Assembly (NCBI GenBank): GCA_036405175.1
Contig: DASWYC010000002.1
Coordinates: 57,892-121,891 of the forward strand
Origin: Minisyncoccota bacterium
GTDB taxonomy: Bacteria > Patescibacteriota > Minisyncoccia > Phycocordibacterales > UBA1006
Length of the DNA stretch: 64,000 nucleotides
Direction of reading: 5' to 3'
The notes under the pieces were generated by a model. The model saw only the letters and a program-made list of their open reading frames with translations. It was not told the origin of the DNA and did not search any database. Both the position numbers and the translations under genes were made by a program. Below, piece after piece: positions 8,885-16,726 of this stretch (position 1 is the first letter of the stretch; every line of letters begins with the position of its first letter).

Positions 8885-10105
8885 CTACTCGTACCGTAGC
8901 GCTTCAATTGGATTTAGCTTAGCAGCACGCTGTGCGGGATAATATCCAAAGATAACACCAATTGCCGTTGAAACACCAAAGGCAAGCAGAATCGAACCAA
9001 ATGAAACATTCGTCTGAAGAATGCCCAGCTTGGTTACGGCAAACGAAACTGCCCAGCCAAATGCCACGCCGATCACGCCGCCGGTAAAGGTGAGCATGAC
9101 TGACTCAATTAAGAACTGGAGACTAATATCTGATCGTTTAGCACCGATTGCTTTGCGGAGTCCAATCTCGCGTGTACGTTCGGTAACCGTGGTGAGCATC
9201 ATATTCATGATGCCAATACCCCCAACCAGTAATGAGATTCCTGCAACGGCTGCTAAGAGTGTGGTGAATGTTCCAGTCACGCTTGATGCGGTTGCAATAA
9301 TATCTGATTGGTTGAGGGTTGAAAAATCTGCTGCGGATGGATCAGAAATCTTGTGGCGTGTGAGCAGGAGATTGGTAACGTCATTTTGCACTTGAGTAGT
9401 TATTTCAGAGTTTTCTGCAGAAATATCAATTTCGCTCAAGAACTTATTCCCGGTTAAATAATGTTGTGCAACAGTGTAGGGGACATAAATCGTATCATCA
9501 GCATTAGAAAATCCAGACCCCCCTTTGCTTGCGGTGATTCCAATAATTCTAAAGGTGATACCATTGATGCGAATACTTTCTCCTAATGGTTCTGGGTTTT
9601 CTGGAAAAAGATCTTCTGCTGTGGTTGGTCCAATTACGGCAACTTTTGATGCACTATTTACATGAGCATCGCTAAAGAAAGTTCCCGTTGCAACTGACAC
9701 ATTGCGCACGGCAGTGTAGCTTGGGGTGGTGCCAATAATACTCGTGTTAGTATTGGTTCCTTTTGCAATGACTTGTTGGCGAGAAGAAACAACAAATGCA
9801 ATACTACCAATGTTTTCAACTTGGTTTTCAATCGCTTCGCCATCTTCTACGGTAAGTGATTGACCGCCACCACGTCCTGCGCTTGGTCCACCAAAACTAC
9901 GCTGAGCACCAGGCATAATCATAATGAGATTTGATCCAATAGATTGAATACTTGATTCAATAGATTTCTGTGCACCTGCACCAATTGCCGTCATTGCAAT
10001 CACCGAGCTAATACCAATAATCACACCAAGCATGGTAAGTCCGGTGCGGACTTTATTGGCCATCAGTGATGAGTATGTTTCGTGGAGAATATCTTGCGTA
10101 GTCAT
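8885..10105 (-). CDS. ABC transporter permease, MacB/FtsX family
   Basis: N-terminal TM helix, large periplasmic domain, C-terminal FtsX-like 3-TM bundle. Start reassigned to MTTQD (ATG at 10105..10103), 1 nt after the ATPase stop. Confidence 0.75.
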   Translation of the reverse strand: MTTQDILHETYSSLMANKVRTGLTMLGVIIGISSVIAMTAIGAGAQKSIESSIQSIGSNLIMIMPGAQRSFGGPSAGRGGGQSLTVEDGEAIENQVENIGSIAFVVSSRQQVIAKGTNTNTSIIGTTPSYTAVRNVSVATGTFFSDAHVNSASKVAVIGPTTAEDLFPENPEPLGESIRINGITFRIIGITASKGGSGFSNADDTIYVPYTVAQHYLTGNKFLSEIDISAENSEITTQVQNDVTNLLLTRHKISDPSAADFSTLNQSDIIATASSVTGTFTTLLAAVAGISLLVGGIGIMNMMLTTVTERTREIGLRKAIGAKRSDISLQFLIESVMLTFTGGVIGVAFGWAVSFAVTKLGILQTNVSFGSILLAFGVSTAIGVIFGYYPAQRAAKLNPIEALRYE

Positions 10106-10106
10106 A

Positions 10107-10802
10107 TTATTTCTTATGATGATTTTTGTGATCACTGACAATGAGTCCGTCACGAATGGTAATAATTCTGTCTGCATATGCAGCAATCTCAGGTTCGTGG
10201 GTAATCAAAACAATCGTGCGACCAAGTTCTCTATTTAACTTTTGGAACGTTGCTAATACAATTTCTCCCGTTTTAGTATCAAGGTTTCCGGTAGGTTCGT
10301 CGGCAAGAATAATGGTGGGATCATTCACGAGTGCGCGGGCAATTGCAACACGTTGAATCTGTCCTCCGGATAGTTGATTTGATTTGTGTAGTAGGTGAGA
10401 GTCATTGAAGCCTGCAGATTTGAGTGCCGCTTTTGCTTTTTTCTGGCGCTCTTCTTCATTCATGTGTGCATACACAAGTGGCAGCTCAACATTTCTTAAT
10501 ACGGTAGTACGGGGAAGTAAATTAAATGCCTGAAAAACAAATCCAATATGAGTACGACGAATATCCGCTAATTCATCATCAGAAAGCTTTGAAACATCTT
10601 TACCATTCAAAAAGTACTTTCCATGCGTTGGCGTATCAAGTGCGCCAAGGATATGCATCAAGGTAGACTTTCCAGAACCACTTGGCCCGACAATAGCAAC
10701 AAATTCGCCATCAGGAATTTCAAAACTCACTCCTTTAAGTGCCTTAAATTCATTCTCACTTCCTGAAGAATATGTTTTGGTAACATCTTTAACTTCAATC
10801 AT
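10107..10802 (-). CDS. ABC transporter ATP-binding protein (MacB/LolD-type)
   Basis: Walker A GPSGSGKST, signature LSGGQIQRVAIARAL, Walker B ILADEPTGNLD. Confidence 0.85.
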   Translation of the reverse strand: MIEVKDVTKTYSSGSENEFKALKGVSFEIPDGEFVAIVGPSGSGKSTLMHILGALDTPTHGKYFLNGKDVSKLSDDELADIRRTHIGFVFQAFNLLPRTTVLRNVELPLVYAHMNEEERQKKAKAALKSAGFNDSHLLHKSNQLSGGQIQRVAIARALVNDPTIILADEPTGNLDTKTGEIVLATFQKLNRELGRTIVLITHEPEIAAYADRIITIRDGLIVSDHKNHHKK

Positions 10803-10811
10803 ATGAGTATA

Positions 10812-12374
10812 TTAGCGAGTGAATGTTCGCATGGTTGGTGTTGCACCCATGCCGCCGGCACGCACTGCACCACCACGCGTAGATCCGCCAACACTGTTAA
10901 GGATGCTTGGTGCTTGCGTAGATGACTGTTTGGTATTGCTGGTTGTCATGCTGCGTACCACAATACTTTCGCCTTCGGTAAGTCCTTCAACAATTTCTGT
11001 ATTGGTGTCATCAGAAATTCCAATAGTTACAGGTAGCTGCTTTGGTGCAGGATCGGTTGCGCTGGTTGCTTGAAGGACATAGGATGCATTTCCATCAGTT
11101 TTAACTGCAGCAATTGGCACCAGAACTACATCTTGGCGAACGTCGGTTGCAATTGTTGCAGACACGCTCATACCAGATTTAATACGCGCATCGGTGGTAT
11201 CAAAAGCAATCTTAACGTTGTAGTTCACCACACCTTGTGACACCGTTCCGAGCGTATCAACTTGAATGATCTTTCCAGTAACCGTAAGCTCATCAATTGC
11301 ATCAAATGTCATCGTTGCTTTTTGTCCAACCGCAACCTTTGCAGCATCAATTTCATTAAATGGAATAATGGCAACTTGTTGGTTGGTAATAATGGTTCCA
11401 AGTGCCGTTCCTGATCCAACTTGTTGTCCAACAATAACATCGGTGCTTGCAAGAGTTCCGGTAAGGGGTGCCTTCACATAGTACTTAGCAAGATTTTGCT
11501 GAGCATCAAACACGCTATTCTTTGCCTGTTGAAGTGAAAGTTGCTTTTGTTGGAGTTCAATCTCGTTAGTACCTTTTACTGTGGTTGCTTCTTTCAAGTC
11601 TTGAACAGCGTTTTCATAGGCATTTAAATTGCTTACATAGCTAGAGCTATTTTTATTAGGAATGGTAATGGTCCACGTTTGATTTTCATTTACGGTGGCT
11701 GGAAACTTGATAAAGAGTCCAGAAGCTCCTAGTGGTTGAGCTGTTGTAGTATTTACGGTGCCAATACCATTTGCTAGACCCGACATATTAAATGAGTATC
11801 CAGCATCAGTTTTATAGGTAGTAAGGGTAATAGTTCCTTCAGACCCGAGCGTATAGTTTCCAGAAATAGTAGGAGCTGTTGCATTCAAGTTGCGGTCACC
11901 TGGCATAGCTTCAAGCTGAGAGCTCAAGAGTGTTGAATATGCACGATCAACAGCTTTCTTTAAATCAGCGGTTGAGTTTTGCGAGCTATTAATGTAGCTA
12001 TCATATGAAAGCTGCGCAGACTGCAAACTAATTTGCGCATCACGCAAGCTTTTTTGTGCATCGGTACTTTTAATCACAAATAAAGTTTTTCCTTTGGTAA
12101 CCTTGTCGCCGGGTTTTGCATAGATGGCAATGAGTTCTCCTGACGCTTCTGGATTAATATCGAGTGAATTAGAGTTGGAAACTTGTCCGGTTCCAGAAAC
12201 AGTTGAAATAATCGTTCCTTTTTCCGCAGTTCCAAGCATATAGGTAGTTGCCTCTGCTTCTTTATGTGACGCGCGTACGATTAAAACTACTCCCACAATA
12301 ACAATAATAAGAGCGATGATGCTGCGTACTTTATGTGTGCGAATGTATTTGATAGTTTTAGAAAAGATAGACAT
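10812..12374 (-). CDS. HlyD/MacA-family periplasmic adaptor subunit with a long S/T-rich insertion
   Basis: N-terminal TM helix, coiled-coil, beta-barrel and MP domains. Start reassigned to MSIFSKTIKY (ATG at 12374). Confidence 0.7.
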   Translation of the reverse strand: MSIFSKTIKYIRTHKVRSIIALIIVIVGVVLIVRASHKEAEATTYMLGTAEKGTIISTVSGTGQVSNSNSLDINPEASGELIAIYAKPGDKVTKGKTLFVIKSTDAQKSLRDAQISLQSAQLSYDSYINSSQNSTADLKKAVDRAYSTLLSSQLEAMPGDRNLNATAPTISGNYTLGSEGTITLTTYKTDAGYSFNMSGLANGIGTVNTTTAQPLGASGLFIKFPATVNENQTWTITIPNKNSSSYVSNLNAYENAVQDLKEATTVKGTNEIELQQKQLSLQQAKNSVFDAQQNLAKYYVKAPLTGTLASTDVIVGQQVGSGTALGTIITNQQVAIIPFNEIDAAKVAVGQKATMTFDAIDELTVTGKIIQVDTLGTVSQGVVNYNVKIAFDTTDARIKSGMSVSATIATDVRQDVVLVPIAAVKTDGNASYVLQATSATDPAPKQLPVTIGISDDTNTEIVEGLTEGESIVVRSMTTSNTKQSSTQAPSILNSVGGSTRGGAVRAGGMGATPTMRTFTR

Positions 12375-12378
12375 ATAA

Positions 12379-12873
12379 TTATTGGAGTGCCTCTGGGCGA
12401 GGGAGAATACGAATAAGTTTTGCGGCAATGGTTCCATCTTCCGACGGTTCGCCAATTACTACAATGACTGAGTCAACCTTGATATCTTCTGGTTTTCCAT
12501 CGTCACGCATATTTTTAATACTCGTAGTGTTAGAGATTGTGATAACTTTCTCAGTATTATCGCGGTCTTCAACGGTAATATTAGGAAGGTCTACGGCCAG
12601 TACGCGTCCCATAGTTCCGTGCGTATTGGGGAACTCATTACGGATAATTACCATCTTCCCACCACGAGGACCTGGGCGTGGTCCAAAGTTCTGAATGTAG
12701 TTATTGTGCCACGATTGCCCAAATGATGCCTTACGGAATCCATACGCTGCTCCCATACGGAAGATTGCAATAAAAATAATTCCAAAGATGATTATGGCAA
12801 TCACGCATTGGAAAATACGGTTGGTAAATATGCGATCAACTTTTTGAAGAAATTCAGAGTTGTGTGAGTTCAT
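12379..12873 (-). CDS. small membrane-anchored protein, paralog of 8383..8856 (possibly DUF5666-like)
   Basis: TM helix, GPRPGPRGG low-complexity region and shared C-terminal module. Confidence 0.45.
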   Translation of the reverse strand: MNSHNSEFLQKVDRIFTNRIFQCVIAIIIFGIIFIAIFRMGAAYGFRKASFGQSWHNNYIQNFGPRPGPRGGKMVIIRNEFPNTHGTMGRVLAVDLPNITVEDRDNTEKVITISNTTSIKNMRDDGKPEDIKVDSVIVVIGEPSEDGTIAAKLIRILPRPEALQ

Positions 12874-12876
12874 ATA

Positions 12877-13272
12877 TTATTGAATTGCGAGAGATGAATA
12901 ATGAGAGAGTCGAAGCGACTTTTTAAGTGACCATGCAAAGCTGAACGTTGCCATAATCACCAAGATGATACTTGCAAGCGGAAGGCTTTCAAGAAGAATT
13001 ATGCCAAGATCTTTTAGAACATTCACGAGGGCACCACTTGATAATGCAAGCGAAAGATATTGATATAGTCCGCTTGATGCTGTTTGGATAACCAAATGTA
13101 TGATGGCAGCAAGGGTTCCGATTCCAGAAGCCCACATAAGTCTTTTATACAGTAGCGCTGATCCAGATGATTGTTGGACAGAATAAATACTTTGTTTAAT
13201 GCGTTCAGCTAAGCCATGAGGTGTTGAGATCTCTGATTGCAACAGTGTTCGCAATGTACGATGGTTATTCAT
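12877..13272 (-). CDS. putative membrane anti-sigma factor (assigned by position only)
   Basis: 131 aa, immediately downstream of the ECF sigma gene, about 45-aa cytoplasmic N-terminus followed by TM segments. No zinc anti-sigma motif. Confidence 0.3.
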   Translation of the reverse strand: MNNHRTLRTLLQSEISTPHGLAERIKQSIYSVQQSSGSALLYKRLMWASGIGTLAAIIHLVIQTASSGLYQYLSLALSSGALVNVLKDLGIILLESLPLASIILVIMATFSFAWSLKKSLRLSHYSSLAIQ

Positions 13273-13310
13273 ATACTATCTATACGTATAAGAATTAAGT
13301 TTTGGTGCAG

Positions 13311-13862
13311 CTATTGATTGAGTTCTTGCTTAAGTTTGCTGAGCGCACGATGGTGCCAACTTTTTACCGTGTTCATAGGGGTTTCTAAAACGTCACTAAT
13401 TTCTTGAAAGGTAAGTTCTTGTTGATAGTGAAGGATGAGTACAGATTTGTAATTGATTGGAAGATTGTTAAGATGATTTTCAAGAAACACTGAATCAAAT
13501 TGCTGATCAAGAATATCAACCACAGAAGTATGATCGCTGGGAAGTGAAGATTCAAAATCTTGATCATTAGATGAAAGTTGAGAAAAGGTGAATGATTTCT
13601 TTTTACGAAGATGATCCGTTGCAGTGTTGCGTGCAATAGTAAAGAGCCATGCTCTAAAACTTTGTGCGGAGTTGTATTGTGTAAACCGTTGCCACATTTT
13701 AATGAATGTTTCTTGGGTGGCGTCTTCCGCAAGTGCGGCATCATTACTTATGCGATAAATAAAGTTGTAGAGCGGGACAGTGTAGCGTTCAATTAATATA
13801 TTGAGCGCCTGAGAATCTTTAAGAAGAATTTTTTCTACGAGTGCGGTATCCGAAAGTTCCAT
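13311..13862 (-). CDS. RNA polymerase ECF-type sigma factor (sigma-70 regions 2 and 4)
   Basis: Region 2 FIKMWQRF...FRAWLFTIARNTATDHLRKK and a C-terminal region-4 HTH. Confidence 0.8.
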   Translation of the reverse strand: MELSDTALVEKILLKDSQALNILIERYTVPLYNFIYRISNDAALAEDATQETFIKMWQRFTQYNSAQSFRAWLFTIARNTATDHLRKKKSFTFSQLSSNDQDFESSLPSDHTSVVDILDQQFDSVFLENHLNNLPINYKSVLILHYQQELTFQEISDVLETPMNTVKSWHHRALSKLKQELNQ

Positions 13863-14061
13863 AGGTACACTCTATCATGATGATCAGAAAATAAAGAAGC
13901 AAAAAGTATTTTGTTATGAAATAACTTCATGAAGTGTCAATGATGTGGAAAATGATTTTTTGGATATACTAATCAAGACGAAGAAATTTTTCTTTAGAAA
14001 GATTTTTTAGCAAATTTACAATTTTATATCAAGTTTCACTATTAAACCAATCGTTTCTACA

Positions 14062-14211
14062 ATGGACAAGACATTTTTCCATGCGAGCCAAAATTTGGCA
14101 GCTCAAACAAACTCAACTCCTGATTCCATGAACGCAAGAACCAATATTAAAGACGTAGGAAAAGCAGCTGGTTTTGATAATTGTATGACTTTCGGTGCCG
14201 GCAGCTTCTAA
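14062..14211 (+). CDS. small ORF A (49 aa, MDKTFFHASQNLAAQTNSTPDSMNARTNIKDVGKAAGFDNCMTFGAGSF), paralog of ORF B
   Basis: Preceded by a conserved 17-bp motif plus TATACT and a conserved leader; followed by its own terminator. No signal peptide. Confidence 0.3.
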   Translation: MDKTFFHASQNLAAQTNSTPDSMNARTNIKDVGKAAGFDNCMTFGAGSF

Positions 14212-14236
14212 GCGAAATAAACTGAAGCTCAACCAA

Positions 14237-14278
14237 AAAACTGTTTTATCATTTTATCGATAAAACAGTTTTTATTTT
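14237..14278 (+). terminator. rho-independent terminator (AAAACTGTTTTATC / GATAAAACAGTTTT + T-tract)
   Basis: Perfect 14-bp inverted repeat. Confidence 0.6.
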
Positions 14279-14490
14279 GCTAAAGTTTTCAAAAGATAGA
14301 TGACAATAGAATAAGTAAAGAGCGGAGTTGTATATATTATTACAGCATACTCTAGTAGTATGTCAATAATGTGGAAAAAGGGAACGCAAGTATACTTGAA
14401 AGGAAGATGAAATTCTGATTGAAAAAACAGAAATTCAAGCTTGTTTATAATTTCATATCCAATTTTCACCATTAAACTAATATTTTAGTT

Positions 14491-14631
14491 ATGCCAAAAT
14501 CAAATCTTGCAAGCCAATCATTGGCAGCTTACAAAAAAACCGTACAATTCTTCCATGCCAAAGATATTAATGCCTCTTATGAAGATGCTGGTGGCCTTAT
14601 CGAAGACAGAGTGAGTTCCTATCGTGACTAA
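14491..14631 (+). CDS. small ORF B (46 aa, MPKSNLASQSLAAYKKTVQFFHAKDINASYEDAGGLIEDRVSSYRD), paralog of ORF A
   Basis: Shares the FFHA and SQxLAA motifs and the upstream leader with ORF A. Confidence 0.3.
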   Translation: MPKSNLASQSLAAYKKTVQFFHAKDINASYEDAGGLIEDRVSSYRD

Positions 14632-14653
14632 TTTAAGCGCCCGTCCGTAGTTG

Positions 14654-14696
14654 CCTACTATTCAAATGTCAAATGAATAGTAGGTATTTTATTTTC
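14654..14696 (+). terminator. rho-independent terminator (CCTACTATTCA / TGAATAGTAGG + T-tract)
   Basis: Perfect 11-bp inverted repeat. Confidence 0.6.
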
Positions 14697-14761
14697 TGAG
14701 AAAAAAGTTATCAAAACAAAAACCACTCAATCACTTGAGCGGCTTTTTAATTTCTTAATTT

Positions 14762-15277
14762 TTACATTTTGGTTTCAAGACTTGCAACTTGCGCACAATC
14801 TACCGGTGGAAGATCCATATACGTAAGATTCTTTGTATCAATATATACATAAGTACCATCTCCGCGATCTTTCATGCCACCAAAACCAATATGAGCTCCT
14901 TCTGCATCAACAACAAAGATGAGTTCTTCAGGATTCGTCATACCTTCTGCGCTTGCAGTCCAGGTTGCACGTACCGCTGCCATAGTTGGATTTGATTCAA
15001 TCGTTCCTGTGTATGGTCCAATCTTTTTATCTTTCTCGGCAGGAAGGATGTGGAATTCTCCAGACGTTGCGGTGTTGTTAATAGTGAGGGTGAGCCAAGC
15101 AATATCTTTCATGGTCGTACCGGTCTCCCTATAAAAACAGAGCTTGGTAGTCTCTGAGGCGGTTGGGTTAATAGGGGTTGGGGTAGTGGTTTGTGATGAA
15201 GGTTTGAGCCAGATAGCGCTTACGATTAAAAGAGCTCCACACAAAAGTGCCACTTTAAGTACGTCATTCTTGGTCAT
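14762..15277 (-). CDS. hypothetical secreted/membrane-anchored protein
   Basis: Start set at MTKNDVLKVALLCGALLIVSAIW (signal/anchor), then a T/P-rich linker. Confidence 0.4.
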   Translation of the reverse strand: MTKNDVLKVALLCGALLIVSAIWLKPSSQTTTPTPINPTASETTKLCFYRETGTTMKDIAWLTLTINNTATSGEFHILPAEKDKKIGPYTGTIESNPTMAAVRATWTASAEGMTNPEELIFVVDAEGAHIGFGGMKDRGDGTYVYIDTKNLTYMDLPPVDCAQVASLETKM

Positions 15278-15363
15278 ACTCTCTAAGTATACAGGAGTAG
15301 GGTAAAAAGTCCGATTTATGAGAAAACCCTTCAATTGACCACTTTCCAATTGTTTGCTATTAT

Positions 15364-15555
15364 TTGAACATTATGAAAGCATTCGCCCAGGACTTACAAC
15401 GAGAAATCACCAAAATCAACTGGCCTTCACGAGGTACCGTTTTTTCTTACACCGTAACGGTTTTGATTGTGTCGGTGGTGGTTGGATACATCTTGGGAGC
15501 TTTTGACAGCCTCTTTACCGCTGGACTTAAGTATTTGCTTTCATCACCTCTTTAA
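15364..15555 (+). CDS. secE: preprotein translocase subunit SecE
   Basis: 63-aa single-TM protein immediately upstream of nusG in the conserved secE-nusG-rplK arrangement. Confidence 0.7.
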   Translation: MNIMKAFAQDLQREITKINWPSRGTVFSYTVTVLIVSVVVGYILGAFDSLFTAGLKYLLSSPL

Positions 15556-15558
15556 TAT

Positions 15559-16107
15559 ATGAGCAAGCAATTAGAAACCGGTGAGCGCAACTGGTATGCC
15601 ATTCACACCTATTCTGGGTATGAAGATGCTGTTAAGCGCAATCTTACGCAGCGTGCAGAATCAATGGGAATGACCGACTATATTTTTGAAGTTATTGTTC
15701 CAACCGAGAAGAAGATTAAGATTAAAAACGGAAAACGTGTTGAGGAAGAAGAAAAAATCTATCCTGGATATGTTTTGGTAGACATGATTGTTACCGATGA
15801 GTCATGGTACTTGGTGCGAAACACTCCACGAGTTACCGGATTCGTAGGATCAGGTGTTCAGCCGGTTCCCGTATCAGAAGAAGAAGTTGCTCGCTTGCTT
15901 GCCAACATGAAGCCAAAGAGTGATGCAAATTACGAAGTAGCCTATGAAGTTGGTGAAGTAGTTAAGATCGGTGAAGGACCATTTAAAGACTTTGAAGGAA
16001 AGATCTCAGAAATTAATCGCCAAACCGGAAAGCTTAAAGTACTTGTATCAATGTTTGGTCGCGAAACACCGGTAGAACTTGATTTCCTTCAGATTAAAAA
16101 GTTGTAA
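15559..16107 (+). CDS. nusG: transcription termination/antitermination factor NusG
   Basis: NGN domain (WYAIHTYSGYE) and C-terminal KOW motif (GEVVKIGEGPFKDFEGKI). Confidence 0.9.
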   Translation: MSKQLETGERNWYAIHTYSGYEDAVKRNLTQRAESMGMTDYIFEVIVPTEKKIKIKNGKRVEEEEKIYPGYVLVDMIVTDESWYLVRNTPRVTGFVGSGVQPVPVSEEEVARLLANMKPKSDANYEVAYEVGEVVKIGEGPFKDFEGKISEINRQTGKLKVLVSMFGRETPVELDFLQIKKL

Positions 16108-16116
16108 TAGTTACCG

Positions 16117-16178
16117 TTTCCTACATAGAATCCTGATGATGCCTCTCCCGTCATCTTGCTTCTAAGCTATGTAGGTAG
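16117..16178 (+). promoter_or_regulatory. structured leader between nusG and rplK (9-bp stem TTCCTACATAG / CTATGTAGG around a 38-nt loop)
   Basis: Inverted repeat seen directly. No T-tract follows, so it is more likely a leader or processing structure than a terminator. Confidence 0.3.
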
Positions 16179-16207
16179 GGAGAGATTAGAAGAAATTTGA
16201 AATTATT

Positions 16208-16630
16208 ATGGCAAAGAAAATCACTCGAAAACTTAAATTGATTATTCCTGGGGCAAAGGCAACTGCAGCTCCACCACTTGGACCGGCAATCGGAGGATTG
16301 GTGAACATTGGAGAATTCGTAAAGCAATTTAACGAACAAACCAAAGACAAGGCTGGTATGATGACCACTTGTGTACTCACCGCATACGATGACCGTTCAT
16401 TTGACTTTGAAATCAAGACATCACCAATTTCTGCTCTTATTAAAAAAGAACTTGGAATTGAATCAGGATCTGGAAAGAATCGTCAAAAGAAAGTTGGTAA
16501 ATTGACCCAAGCGCAATTGCGCAAGATCGCAGAAGAAAAACTTCCTGACCTTAATGCTATGACCGTTGAAGCGGCTATGGAAATGGTAAAGGGATCTGCT
16601 CGATCAATGGGGGTTGATGTGGCTGAATAA
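16208..16630 (+). CDS. rplK: 50S ribosomal protein L11
   Basis: MAKKITRKLKLIIPGAKATAAPPLGPAIGGLVNIGEFVKQFNEQT is typical L11. Confidence 0.95.
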   Translation: MAKKITRKLKLIIPGAKATAAPPLGPAIGGLVNIGEFVKQFNEQTKDKAGMMTTCVLTAYDDRSFDFEIKTSPISALIKKELGIESGSGKNRQKKVGKLTQAQLRKIAEEKLPDLNAMTVEAAMEMVKGSARSMGVDVAE

Positions 16631-16655
16631 TCCATTGATTGTTTGGTTGAGAAAA

Positions 16656-16686
16656 AAGGCGCAGCCGTAGGCTGCGCCTTTTTTCA
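16656..16686 (+). terminator. rho-independent terminator (AAGGCGCAGCC GTAG GGCTGCGCCTT + T-tract)
   Basis: Seen directly. It overlaps the spurious N-terminal extension of the argS ORF. Confidence 0.7.
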
Positions 16687-16726
16687 TATACTTTTAATCT
16701 ATCTCTTTTTTTGCTATTCTTACTTT

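Noticed and set aside
12375-12455. 5' extension of the MacA-like ORF overlapping the upstream gene by 77 nt
   Set aside because: The adaptor sequence starts with the TM anchor at MSIFSKTIKY (ATG 12374), immediately after the upstream stop, so the long overlap is an ORF-caller artefact. Likewise the permease 10106..10186 extension.
14272-14472. 66-aa minus-strand ORF inside the duplicated cassette region
   Set aside because: It is antisense to the conserved motif and leader of cassette B and to the terminator of cassette A. Its composition is hydrophobic/low-complexity. Likely spurious.
16643-16726. N-terminal 28 codons of the annotated argS ORF (MVEKKGAAVGCAFFHILLIYLFFCYSYF)
   Set aside because: It overlaps the rplK terminator hairpin and T-tract and is hydrophobic nonsense. 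ArgS homology begins at MKLLAQIKQ (16727).
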